From IMG/VR virus record IMGVR_UViG_3300016476_000374, positions 1 to 28,679 of that record: DNA of 28,679 bases. One strand, 5' to 3'. The notes beneath the pieces were generated by a model that was not told where the DNA came from, searched no databases, and worked only from the letters and a program-made list of their open reading frames with translations. Position 1 is the first letter of the stretch. The number at the start of each line of letters is the position of its first letter. Below, one piece after another: positions 8,979 to 18,565 of this stretch. The translations under genes were made by a program, and so were the position numbers. Origin of the DNA: a virus (Duplodnaviria; Caudoviricetes).

Positions 8979-11900
8979 TTAGCCTCCGCCCTCTTTAAAG
9001 AAAATTGTACTGTTAGTGCCTCTACCAAGTACTTGATTTCCAGGAGTGTTTAATGCTCTAGTTCTATAACTTGCGTCTGTCCCAGGGCCGTATGCAGCGG
9101 GATTATATGCTGTAAAGTTAGTCCACCCAACGTTCTGGTATCTAGATAGATTGGTTAAAATGTTGTTAGTTGCCCTTGCAATCTGTTGAGGATTAGGATC
9201 AGTAAAGTTACGACTTGCACCTGTTGCTCGAGTACCGGTAACTGCTTGGAATTGGTTCCTAGCATATAGTTGCCCTTCAATACTTGTGCCTGCACCGCCA
9301 AAGTTACTTCTAGCTCTGTTTAAGATAACACTAGCAACAGCAGCATCTTCTTGGTCGCCGCCGCCTGACTCACCGATTGTTGCTCTAACAACTAATTCAA
9401 ACTCGCGATCGGTTACGCTACGACCTAAGTATCTTTCAACTGCGGCTTTTGCTTCTCGACTCTTAGCATTACCAAATTGTAGCGGACCTAAATCTTCAGG
9501 TCTTACTGGGGTAACAGTATCATTACCTCCAGCGCCGCCATCACCTGGCGGTATCGCTGTGCGCCCGGTTGCTGCAATAAAGTCGTTGAGCACATCATCA
9601 GTTACACCCAAGTCATCCCAGTTTGGCGGCGCCTCACCTGGTGGCACTCTTCTAACCCATTGCAGAGGAACCGAGATTTCTTTCGTTGCTTTTATTTCTG
9701 TAGTGAATATGCCGTTATTAAATCTGTTCTTCCATTCAATTGGTAAGAACAGACCGCTGAATACTCCGCTGGTTCTACCATCACTCCAATAGCCTGTATT
9801 CTCGTCTTCATCGTTAATATTATAATCATATCTACTAGGCGAGCCAATTGTTAATAAGAAATAATATTTTCCGCCCGGTGGTGGATTGGTAGTAAAATCT
9901 CTGCTAGGTTTGTTTTTCTCAAACGGACCAGTATTTGATCTTGTAAGCCAGTATGGGTCGCCTCTTAGGGTAAGTTCAATATTTAATAAAAAGTTTGTTG
10001 ACTTTCTTGCTCGGTAGACATACCCCATAAGAACACTTGCAGGGCCGTCACTAGTAATACCTGATAACGGGCTTGCTAAACTTTTTGTAACAGGAGTAGC
10101 AGGACCAACATTAACTGGTGCTTTACCGTCAAGCATTACTAATCCAGCTGATTCAATTTCCTGAGTACTTAGGTTGCCACCTGGTTGTACTAAATCGTCT
10201 GAATATAAGAAACCGCTAACTTCAGGTGCGTAGCTTCCGTTATTTTGCACATTAATTTGTGTAGCGGTTCCAGGAACCGCATCAGGGTCGGCGCTTTCGC
10301 TAACACCAATGTTTCGTAAGGTTCTATTTACAGTAGCACCATCTAAACTCTGTGCTAGGGCAATAGCTGTTCTACCGCTAGCATCATTTACGGCCGCATT
10401 GATTTGCTCAACTGACCTACCTAAACTTTGTGCTAAGCCATTCATGTCAGATGCCAAGCCTTTAATTTGTTTAAACACATCTACTAGCGAACTAAGGTCA
10501 GAAGTTTTTTTAGCAGCTTCTAGCTTATCACCTAATGTCATATCTTTAGTTCTAGGCTCACTGTTTGTTAGTGCAGTTGAGTTTGTAACAGAGAAGTCGC
10601 CTGCCATACCGCCTTTTGGTGGCATTAGCAATGTAAGAGCATTATCGTAATTGATGTCTAAATTAATAATTTGATCGTTAAGGCCTGTGAAAATATAAAA
10701 ATACGATTTACTTAAGAAACCGTTGTTATATAAATCTTGTAGACGTTTTGTTGCAAGTGCAGTAAGAGGGATTTCTTTATCACTACCGTCTAGTGTAGAC
10801 TTTTCCTTTAAGTAATCAAACTCTGTAGTTGTTAATGCAACATCACTTCTAGCATCCTTAACAATGTATGGAGTATAAGTGTATTTTTTAGCGTACATAT
10901 TACGCTTCTTATCCCACTTAATATTTTCTACTTGACAATAGATGTCGTACCATTGAATAAACGTTTGGTCATTTCTAACTTTATTGTTACCAGGATCGTT
11001 AACGTCTTCTTTTCTAGAAACTTTAGCCTGAAACTCTTTATTTTGTAAAAGGATTGATCCAATAACTTGGAAAATAGTATCGCCTTCCTTAACCGCTAGT
11101 GTTGCCTTATCAATTATTCTTTCAGGTGAGGAACCAGCACTTGCGGCGCCGTCGGCTTGTTGCTGTTGTTGGCTTGCAGTCTGTGCAACATCAACATTAT
11201 ATCTTGGCTGCGTTCTAGTTTCAACTTTTTCAGAATTTCCTGCATGAGGAATAGTTTCATCTTTGATGTAGTCTTGTGCAGTAGCACCAATTGAATCAAT
11301 TGCGCCAGAACCCTTTAATAGCGGATCAAGATTAAATGCTACCTCATCAGGTATGTACTCTGTTGACATACTTGTCAGTGAAGTGTTAAACTGTGTTTCT
11401 AACGATTTCACCATTTCTGTTATTGTTGCGCCGGTCAATGTATACCCTTGCGGCAACTTATAAATTGTATCAGCATACCCTGTGGTGTTTGCGATAGCTA
11501 CTTCAAATTCATACTGACTGCCGGTGTTATCAACTTTTACTTTAATACTTAAAGGTTTTAGCACATAGGTAAACACTTCGGTTATTTGTGTAGGCTCGCC
11601 GCCGTTGTCAACATCATCGATATCCGAGTCGTAACCAAGAAATGTTATGTCTAAGTACATATCAAAGTCAGTCGATGTTAACTTATCGTCGCTAGCACCT
11701 AGATACTTTCTTGCCCATTGTATTTGGTCAATAAACGTAGCAGCACCAGGTTGAATGATAGTAAACGTTCCTTTTGTAGTAGGCGAGTCTGCCTTAACAC
11801 TACTTGGATCCATGTATCCTGTTAATTCAAGATTGTCAATTTGATTAGCTGTAACACCTGTTTGTGCTAAAACTACAATTCGTTTATCTGTCGGTGCAGC

Positions 11901-12230
11901 ACTGCTAGCCGAAGAATTCGGTGTGTCTGATCTAGCACCTGTACCACTATTTGCTAAATTTGGATCAAGTGGGCTACCTGAAGGAACATTTCCACTCGAT
12001 AAAGATCTGATTGCTTGCTCCGGAGATACACCAGCAGCAACAGCAGCTTGTACTCTAGGATCATTTGGAGAGATTGCAGCAGACGAACTGCCAGTAGGGG
12101 TTGTACCTACAGTTTCTGGCTTCATGTATAATTTTAGATTATACGCAGGATTGTCGTATTGGTCTAAAATATTACCATACATTGCACCTAAGTAAGGGTC
12201 ATAAATTTTTGGTGATTTAATTTTTGCCAT
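8979..12230 (-). CDS. Putative baseplate hub protein with C-terminal SleB/Hydrolase_2 cell-wall hydrolase domain
   Basis: Sits between gp53-like and gp5-like genes; IELTLRGDPYWL hub-like motif; C-terminal VVRATIGES..AAVASVILNRA..QF matches the SleB family pattern. Confidence 0.7.
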   Translation of the reverse strand: MAKIKSPKIYDPYLGAMYGNILDQYDNPAYNLKLYMKPETVGTTPTGSSSAAISPNDPRVQAAVAAGVSPEQAIRSLSSGNVPSGSPLDPNLANSGTGARSDTPNSSASSAAPTDKRIVVLAQTGVTANQIDNLELTGYMDPSSVKADSPTTKGTFTIIQPGAATFIDQIQWARKYLGASDDKLTSTDFDMYLDITFLGYDSDIDDVDNGGEPTQITEVFTYVLKPLSIKVKVDNTGSQYEFEVAIANTTGYADTIYKLPQGYTLTGATITEMVKSLETQFNTSLTSMSTEYIPDEVAFNLDPLLKGSGAIDSIGATAQDYIKDETIPHAGNSEKVETRTQPRYNVDVAQTASQQQQQADGAASAGSSPERIIDKATLAVKEGDTIFQVIGSILLQNKEFQAKVSRKEDVNDPGNNKVRNDQTFIQWYDIYCQVENIKWDKKRNMYAKKYTYTPYIVKDARSDVALTTTEFDYLKEKSTLDGSDKEIPLTALATKRLQDLYNNGFLSKSYFYIFTGLNDQIINLDINYDNALTLLMPPKGGMAGDFSVTNSTALTNSEPRTKDMTLGDKLEAAKKTSDLSSLVDVFKQIKGLASDMNGLAQSLGRSVEQINAAVNDASGRTAIALAQSLDGATVNRTLRNIGVSESADPDAVPGTATQINVQNNGSYAPEVSGFLYSDDLVQPGGNLSTQEIESAGLVMLDGKAPVNVGPATPVTKSLASPLSGITSDGPASVLMGYVYRARKSTNFLLNIELTLRGDPYWLTRSNTGPFEKNKPSRDFTTNPPPGGKYYFLLTIGSPSRYDYNINDEDENTGYWSDGRTSGVFSGLFLPIEWKNRFNNGIFTTEIKATKEISVPLQWVRRVPPGEAPPNWDDLGVTDDVLNDFIAATGRTAIPPGDGGAGGNDTVTPVRPEDLGPLQFGNAKSREAKAAVERYLGRSVTDREFELVVRATIGESGGGDQEDAAVASVILNRARSNFGGAGTSIEGQLYARNQFQAVTGTRATGASRNFTDPNPQQIARATNNILTNLSRYQNVGWTNFTAYNPAAYGPGTDASYRTRALNTPGNQVLGRGTNSTIFFKEGGG

Positions 12231-12541
12231 TATCTATTGCCCGATACAATACTAACACTATCAGCACTTGGTAAGAAGATCCTAACACCTTCTTTGAAGT
12301 CTCTGATAGGATCTTTTAACAAGTCAGGATTTCTAAGTGTAAACACCCACCATAGTCTTGTGCTGCCATAAAGATCATATGCTAATAGATCAGGACGTTC
12401 TGCATATTTTGCAGAGATAATGTACGCTTCATCATTTTCCGTTGGGCGCAGCGAAGGTAGGTTATTAATGTCCAAAAAGGTATCATCAATAAATCCTGCA
12501 AACTTTAAAAAGCTATCTTTTCTATAATTTAAAGTAGGCAT
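12230..12541 (-). CDS. Baseplate wedge protein, gp53/LysM-like
   Basis: ERPDLLAYDLYGSTRLWWVFTLRN motif. Confidence 0.85.
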   Translation of the reverse strand: MPTLNYRKDSFLKFAGFIDDTFLDINNLPSLRPTENDEAYIISAKYAERPDLLAYDLYGSTRLWWVFTLRNPDLLKDPIRDFKEGVRIFLPSADSVSIVSGNR

Positions 12542-13443
12542 TAGATAAATCCATCCTTATACGACGCACCACTAGTAACAGCTTCTACGCTGAACTTTCT
12601 GCGTAGTTTGTGTGGAGTGTATTGTGGTTTCAAGTTAATCATAATGTTAGTCAACGTTGGAACATATGTAACAGTGTCGTTAACTTGTACCGGTACGTAG
12701 TCTACGTTGTCAGGTAACTGCATACTCCAGTTAGTAACAACTACTGGAACTTTGTTAAATCCGTGATCGCCTAAGTATTCAAATACTAGAACTGGTGGCG
12801 GTGTACCAGCAGTACCTTTAGCAACAGCATCGTCACCAAAGTATGCTTTAGTACAAATTTTTAGGAATGTCATAATAGCTAGTAGATATCTAGCTTCGTA
12901 AATGTTATTTGCAGAAAAGTCTGCGGTAATAGGAATGTCTGGTGGTCTGCTACTAATAAATGTATTAATTGGATAGTTCATACCCTGCATTAATGCTTCA
13001 TTGTAATCAGCACTGCCGCTTAAAAAGATAGTTGGCGTATATTGCCAAACAATACCGTTTGATTCTTCCAGTGGCTGTAACAAGTGGTTAGCTGCTACAC
13101 CTAATTTACTATAGAATCGTTCGCGACCGCCATCTTTTGGACGTAATCTTGCACGCCAATCATATGCTTTACCTAATTTACCAGCATCATCAGTTTGCAC
13201 TTCAATTGCACCAATTTGTTCTGTTGATGCAAGTAGCTGCTTTTCAACTCTTTCTCTTACTGCTTCTCTAAAAGCATTATCGGTAAAATCTGGAGTTCCG
13301 CCGCCAAATCCGGGTAGAAGATTGTCGATCAGCTGGCCGGCTGCCCCTTTTAAAATGGGGTTCTTAATTTTATTAAGTGCGCCACCTGCGGCATTATTGA
13401 TCTTTGAAACTAATGCTCTTTGTGCTGCTGGTAAAAACGGCAT
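12541..13443 (-). CDS. Tail tube initiator/baseplate protein, gp48/gp54-like
   Basis: GTPPPVLVFEYLG..FNKVPVVVTNWSMQLPDNVDY pattern of tube-fold initiator proteins; first gene of the baseplate operon; AGGAG SD. Confidence 0.65.
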   Translation of the reverse strand: MPFLPAAQRALVSKINNAAGGALNKIKNPILKGAAGQLIDNLLPGFGGGTPDFTDNAFREAVRERVEKQLLASTEQIGAIEVQTDDAGKLGKAYDWRARLRPKDGGRERFYSKLGVAANHLLQPLEESNGIVWQYTPTIFLSGSADYNEALMQGMNYPINTFISSRPPDIPITADFSANNIYEARYLLAIMTFLKICTKAYFGDDAVAKGTAGTPPPVLVFEYLGDHGFNKVPVVVTNWSMQLPDNVDYVPVQVNDTVTYVPTLTNIMINLKPQYTPHKLRRKFSVEAVTSGASYKDGFI

Positions 13444-13464
13444 ACCAATCTCCTATTATATCAA

Positions 13465-13472
13465 TATTTATC
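13465..13472 (-). promoter_or_regulatory. Late promoter GATAAATA for the baseplate operon
   Basis: Octamer about 20 nt upstream of the ATG at 13443. Confidence 0.7.
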
Positions 13473-13522
13473 ACTGGAGTTAAAGTATGTTTTAATTTTT
13501 CAATATTCTGGGCGTTTTTTCA

Positions 13523-13550
13523 TTGACATAGATAAGTTATATAGTATACT
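13523..13550 (+). promoter_or_regulatory. sigma70-type promoter for gp55-gp47-gp46
   Basis: TTGACA-16 bp-TATACT, followed by AGGAG SD and ATG 13575. Confidence 0.7.
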
Positions 13551-13574
13551 AGTAGCAATACCATAGGAGTTTGC

Positions 13575-14450
13575 ATGACTACAAAAAAGGTTAATTACCT
13601 GAACAATAAGGATATCCTTAAGGAAATCCACAAGAGCAAAATGAGCTATTGCTACATTGAAGATGACCGTTACGACATGTACGATATCATTGTTGAAAAC
13701 GTTAGCAAGATCAATAAGAAGACTCTCAAGGAAGCAAAAGAGAACAAAGCGAACAGACTACAGTCTGAAGCATATGCAAGCGCAATGTTAGCGCATGATT
13801 CAAAAGATTATCGCAATAAGCCTAAGCAAAAGGACTTTGCAGTTGATCCTACATCAATTGATGACGAAGATGTAGTATTCCGTGTAATGACTTACGAGCA
13901 TATTCCAGAAGAAGAAGGTCGTAAGAAGAATCCAAAGAATGAAGCTGAAGAAAAGAGTCGTGTAAACTTCCCTCCTTACAAGCACTATGCATATCAGAAT
14001 GGTGAACTAAAAGAAGTTGCTCGCAGTCATTGGCGCGGCAGCATCAGCAATGGCGAGTTCTGCGTCGACCACGGTAAGATCACTAACAAGCTAGGCACAA
14101 TGTTCCTAAAGCTGGTTGAACGTTACAGCCATAGAAGCAACTGGCGTGGTTATACCTACATTGACGAAATGCGTGGTCAGGCACTGGTACAGCTAAGTCA
14201 GGTAGGTCTACAGTTCAACGAAGCAAAGAGTGATAACCCATTTGCATATTACACTGCCGCAGTTAACAACAGCTTTACTCGAGTACTTAACTTAGAAAAG
14301 CGCAATCAAGTTATCCGCGACGATATTCTTATTGAGCATGGTCACTTGCCTAGCTTTGGTCGTCAGATGGCTCACGAAGAAGCAATTAGAGCACTGCGAG
14401 AAAGTGCAGAGGCTGAAAAGCCATCCTATGAGGAGTATGACGAGCAATGA
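13575..14450 (+). CDS. Late transcription sigma factor, T4 gp55-like
   Basis: NYLNNKDIL at the N-terminus and RYSHRSNWRGYTYIDEM..FNEAKSDNPFAYYT..NSFTRVLNLEK core; adjacent to gp47/gp46. Confidence 0.85.
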   Translation: MTTKKVNYLNNKDILKEIHKSKMSYCYIEDDRYDMYDIIVENVSKINKKTLKEAKENKANRLQSEAYASAMLAHDSKDYRNKPKQKDFAVDPTSIDDEDVVFRVMTYEHIPEEEGRKKNPKNEAEEKSRVNFPPYKHYAYQNGELKEVARSHWRGSISNGEFCVDHGKITNKLGTMFLKLVERYSHRSNWRGYTYIDEMRGQALVQLSQVGLQFNEAKSDNPFAYYTAAVNNSFTRVLNLEKRNQVIRDDILIEHGHLPSFGRQMAHEEAIRALRESAEAEKPSYEEYDEQ

Positions 14451-15463
14451 GTCAGCTGTTTAAGACAGCGGCTTGCTTTACAGATATCCACTACGGTTTA
14501 AAGCAAAACAGCCGCATTCATCTAGACGACTGTCACCGGTTCATTGACTGGTTTATTGCAGAGGCTAAGGCACGTGGGGCAGAGACTTGTATCTTCTTAG
14601 GTGACTGGAGTCACCATCGTGCTAGTGTAAACGTTGCTACAATGAACGCTAGCATTAAGGATCTTAAGAAGTTAAACGACAACTTTGAAAAGGTCTATTT
14701 TATTACTGGTAACCACGACTTGTACTACAAGGACAAGCGTGAGCTTAACAGTGTTGAGTATGCTCGCGACTTACCTAACTTTGTAATGGTAGACGATCAC
14801 TACGTCAAGGATAATGTTGCTATTATTCCGTGGTTGGTAGCAGACGAGTGGAAGCAAGTACAAAAGATGAAAGTCAAGTACTTGTTTGGTCACTTAGAGC
14901 TGCCATACTTTAAGATGAACGCAATGGTTGAAATGCCTGACCATGGTGGACTTAAGGCAGAGCATTTAACCGGGCCTGAATATGTGTTTAGCGGACACTT
15001 TCACAAGCGTCAGTACAAAAACAACATCCACTATATTGGTAATGCTTTCCCACATAACTATGCAGACGTTGATGACAATGAACGTGGTGCTATGTTCTTA
15101 ACTTGGGGCGAAGAACCGGTATATGTAAACTGGCCTGATTGTCCAAAGTTCAAAGTAGTTACACTAACTGAACTTATTGATAATCATGAAAAAATACTTG
15201 ACAAATATACTCATGCTCGTGTAAAATTAAACATCAGTATCAGTTATGAAGAAGCAAACTTTATTCGAGAAAAATTTGCAGAACAGTACGGTGTGCGTGA
15301 ACTGCAACTAATTCCAGTTAAGGAAGAAGAACAAGAATTCCAAGGCGGCGAAATTAAGTTTGAAAGTGTTGACCAAATTGTTATTCAACAGTTGAACACA
15401 ATTGAGTCCAACACAATTGACAAACAAATTCTAATTGATATCTACAACGGGTTAGACCATTAA
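14447..15463 (+). CDS. Recombination endonuclease subunit gp47 (Mre11/SbcD-like)
   Basis: Metallophosphoesterase motifs DIHYG, LGD, GNHD, GHLE, SGHFH. Confidence 0.93.
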   Translation: MSQLFKTAACFTDIHYGLKQNSRIHLDDCHRFIDWFIAEAKARGAETCIFLGDWSHHRASVNVATMNASIKDLKKLNDNFEKVYFITGNHDLYYKDKRELNSVEYARDLPNFVMVDDHYVKDNVAIIPWLVADEWKQVQKMKVKYLFGHLELPYFKMNAMVEMPDHGGLKAEHLTGPEYVFSGHFHKRQYKNNIHYIGNAFPHNYADVDDNERGAMFLTWGEEPVYVNWPDCPKFKVVTLTELIDNHEKILDKYTHARVKLNISISYEEANFIREKFAEQYGVRELQLIPVKEEEQEFQGGEIKFESVDQIVIQQLNTIESNTIDKQILIDIYNGLDH

Positions 15464-17244
15464 TGTTAAAAATTAAAAATGTAAGTGCTCGAAACTTTAT
15501 GAGTATCGGCGCACAAACACAAGCAGTAAATTTTGATAATTGCAACCTCACTCTTGTACTAGGTCATAACTTAGATCTAGGCGGTGATGGTTCTCGTAAT
15601 GGTACAGGTAAGACCACAATCATTAATGCTCTAAGCTATGCACTATATGGTGAAGCCCTTACTAATATCCGTAAAGATAATCTAATTAACAAGACCAACG
15701 GCAAAGGCATGATTGTTACTGTTGACTTCGAACTCAACGGTAAAGAATATCGTATTGAACGTGGTCGTAAGCCTAACATTCTGCGTCTTATTGTAGACGG
15801 TAATGATACTGGCGACTCTTCAAACGAAGACGATGACGCACAGGGTGATAGCAGAGAAACACAAAAAGAAATTGAAAAGATTGTGGGCTTCCCACATGAA
15901 ATGTTCAAACACATTATTGCACTAAACACTTACACTGAACCGTTTCTTGCGATGAAGAGCGGTGAACAGCGTAACATGATTGAGCAACTACTAGGCATTA
16001 CTGAGCTAAGTCAAAAAGCTGATTTGCTTAAAGAACTAGTTAAAGTTACCAAGGACTCAATTAAGGAAGAAGAAATTCGCATTGCAGCAGTTAAAGCTAG
16101 CAACGAAAGAATTGAAAAGAATATCACAGAGATTGAAAGTCGTAGCCGTGCTTGGGATAAGACTAAGTCTGACAAGCTAGCCGACATGGTTGTTACACTT
16201 GAAACTCTTAATGAAATTGATATTGAAAAAGAAATTGCTAACCATAAGCACAACCAAAGTGTTAAGGAACAGACTGACGCTAAGACAGTTTTAGACAACG
16301 AAAAAGATCGTGCAGAAACTAGTTTTAATCGCAGTGTTAAGAAACTTGATGAACTAAAAAGTAACTTGCAAAAAGCACAAGAAGGTGTATGCCCGTCTTG
16401 TGGGCAAGGTACTGCACATCTTACTACACACGAAGAATACACAGCAGAACTTGTTGAAAAGATTGCTGAAGAACAAGCGTATCACGATGATCTAGAAGTT
16501 CGTATCCAAGAGTTAACTCTAGCACTAAATGAGTTTAACAATATTGCTAAGGAAGCAGATACGTTCTATAGCACATTAGAAAGTGCGCTAGAGCATAAAC
16601 ACAACCTCGACACTCTTGCAACACAATATGCAGAAAAGCTAGAAGAAAAGAATCCGTATGTTGAACAGATTGAGCAACTACGTGAAACTGGCCTTGAGGA
16701 CATTAGTTGGGATCGTATCAACGAACTAACTGCACTTAAGGATCACCAAGAGTTCTTGCATAAGCTACTTACTAGCAAGGATAGCTTTATTCGTAAGCGT
16801 ATCATTGACCAGAACATCAGTTATCTAAATCATCGTCTTGCATATTATCTAGATAAGATTGGCTTGCCTCATGATGTTAAATTTAACAGCGACCTCTCAG
16901 TAGAAATCACTGAGTATGGACGCGAACTAGATTTCGATAACTTGAGTCGCGGTGAACGCAATCGACTTATCCTAAGCCTAAGCTGGGCGTTCCGCGATAT
17001 CTACGAAAGCCTCAACCATCCAATGAACTTGATGTGTATTGACGAGCTTATTGACAGCGGTATGGATACTATGGGCGTTGAAAATGCACTGGCTATCCTA
17101 AAGAAGATGAATCGTGAGCAGAACAAGAATATCTTCCTTATCAGTCACAAAGAAGAACTAGTTGGTCGTGTTAACAATGTGCTAACAGTTATCAAGGAAG
17201 GTGGCTTTACTAGCTACAACACTGATACCGAATATGTTAATTGA
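15463..17244 (+). CDS. Recombination ATPase gp46 (Rad50/SbcC-like)
   Basis: Walker A NGTGKTT, coiled coil with CPSC zinc hook, signature LSRGE, Walker B MCIDE, H-loop LISH. Confidence 0.95.
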   Translation: MLKIKNVSARNFMSIGAQTQAVNFDNCNLTLVLGHNLDLGGDGSRNGTGKTTIINALSYALYGEALTNIRKDNLINKTNGKGMIVTVDFELNGKEYRIERGRKPNILRLIVDGNDTGDSSNEDDDAQGDSRETQKEIEKIVGFPHEMFKHIIALNTYTEPFLAMKSGEQRNMIEQLLGITELSQKADLLKELVKVTKDSIKEEEIRIAAVKASNERIEKNITEIESRSRAWDKTKSDKLADMVVTLETLNEIDIEKEIANHKHNQSVKEQTDAKTVLDNEKDRAETSFNRSVKKLDELKSNLQKAQEGVCPSCGQGTAHLTTHEEYTAELVEKIAEEQAYHDDLEVRIQELTLALNEFNNIAKEADTFYSTLESALEHKHNLDTLATQYAEKLEEKNPYVEQIEQLRETGLEDISWDRINELTALKDHQEFLHKLLTSKDSFIRKRIIDQNISYLNHRLAYYLDKIGLPHDVKFNSDLSVEITEYGRELDFDNLSRGERNRLILSLSWAFRDIYESLNHPMNLMCIDELIDSGMDTMGVENALAILKKMNREQNKNIFLISHKEELVGRVNNVLTVIKEGGFTSYNTDTEYVN

Positions 17245-18010
17245 CATACATCTAGGTCGCAATGCTGAGTATAAGTTAACTTATGAACTGTTTGACAACA
17301 GAGTTGCAGAACGTATTTGGCAGAGGTTTCAGACTAACACATTTGAGATGATTAGTCGTACGCAGTTTTACAACTTTGGTGAAACTGTCGAGTCAGTACA
17401 GCAGCAACTAGATGATTCTGTAAAGAGAATTAAAGAATTATTGCCCGGTAAATTTAATGATGCTGACGACTTAAATTTGTTGCATGTTAACTTTCCGGAT
17501 CTTGTAGAGAATACTACAGGGGAATTACGTCAAGTATTGAGTATGTTTAACTATCATCTTCATCATTTAGAAGATATATCTCGATACCAAAACAAAAGAT
17601 TTTTATTTTCTCATCAAGATCCAGGTGAGCCGCTAGAGGATAGTGATTATAAATTGTTTAGTCCCACAAGACTCAAGCATCATTTATACATGAACTACCC
17701 TCATGTAGGAAAACATATTATGGAACTGTTTTTTGATCAAGACCACAATATTCCTAGCAGTCATATTGTTCCAACTAGTTTGCTTAAGAATGATTGTGTT
17801 GCATGGTTTGCTAACGATCAATATACAGATCCAACAACTATTGTAAAGAAAGTAAAAAGATGGCTAATACCATTAGCTAGCAAATTACCATTTTCAATTG
17901 ATGATCCTAGATTAGCAATTGGACATATAGCATTAGGTAAACTTACAAGTGAACCTGATCTAAACAAAATAGCAAGCAATTGCTATATTCACAGCGTAGA
18001 AGCACGGTAA
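17234..18010 (+). CDS. Hypothetical protein (about 258 aa)
   Basis: Long ORF; ATG at 17234 overlapping the gp46 end is preferred to GTG 17201; no recognised family. Confidence 0.7.
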   Translation: MLIDIHLGRNAEYKLTYELFDNRVAERIWQRFQTNTFEMISRTQFYNFGETVESVQQQLDDSVKRIKELLPGKFNDADDLNLLHVNFPDLVENTTGELRQVLSMFNYHLHHLEDISRYQNKRFLFSHQDPGEPLEDSDYKLFSPTRLKHHLYMNYPHVGKHIMELFFDQDHNIPSSHIVPTSLLKNDCVAWFANDQYTDPTTIVKKVKRWLIPLASKLPFSIDDPRLAIGHIALGKLTSEPDLNKIASNCYIHSVEAR

Positions 18011-18055
18011 GTCAAAATACAGTTAAGTTTAATTACTCAGTATTTAAATATACTG

Positions 18056-18478
18056 ATGAATTGGACATATAAAGGTCAAACTGTAAACGAATTACCGGAA
18101 GGTACAGAAGCGTTTGTTTACTTGATTACTAACTTAACCGACAACAGAAAATATGTAGGTAAAAAGTTAGCCAAGTTTAAAAAAACTCGTCCTCCATTAA
18201 AGGGCAAGAAAAACAAACGCAGAAGTACAGTAGAAAGTGATTGGCGAGATTATTGGGGCAGTAACGATCATCTTAAAGAAGATGTAGAACGTTTAGGCGC
18301 TGATAACTTTACTAGGGAAATACTTTATTTTTGTCCTAGCAGAGGTGTAGCCAGTTATTTGGAAGCAAGAGAGCAATTTGAGCGTAGAGTACTCGAAACA
18401 GATGAATACTATAACGGTATTATCAATGTTAGAGTAGGGGGTTCAAGAATCTTGCGAGAAGCGTTGAAAGACTTATAA
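18056..18478 (+). CDS. Short single-domain GIY-YIG family nuclease
   Basis: AFVYLITN..RKYVGKK (GIY/YIG), DYWGS, FTREIL, LEAREQ (putative catalytic Glu), YYNG; no C-terminal DNA-binding domain. Confidence 0.82.
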   Translation: MNWTYKGQTVNELPEGTEAFVYLITNLTDNRKYVGKKLAKFKKTRPPLKGKKNKRRSTVESDWRDYWGSNDHLKEDVERLGADNFTREILYFCPSRGVASYLEAREQFERRVLETDEYYNGIINVRVGGSRILREALKDL

Positions 18479-18489
18479 CTACATATACA

Positions 18490-18565
18490 ACACACATGGC
18501 TTACATGGCTAATTTTATAGTCTAATCTGGCAATTTAAAACACACAATCTGGCACACACATAGGC
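18490..18565 (+). repeat. Five short degenerate direct repeats ending in TGGC/AGGC
   Basis: ACACACATGGC, TACATGGC, TAATCTGGC, ACACACAATCTGGC, ACACACATAGGC. Confidence 0.65.

Noticed and set aside
1511-12195. Plus-strand ORFs inside baseplate genes (e.g. 2291-2560, 7645-7989, 9286-9792) and alternative-frame ORFs in the small cassette
   Set aside because: Fully nested in well-supported genes, mostly non-ATG starts, no recognisable motifs.
18056-18478. Ordinary Seg-type homing endonuclease as the full explanation
   Set aside because: It lacks the C-terminal DNA-binding region and does not account for the structured downstream element; an endonuclease II-like role remains possible.
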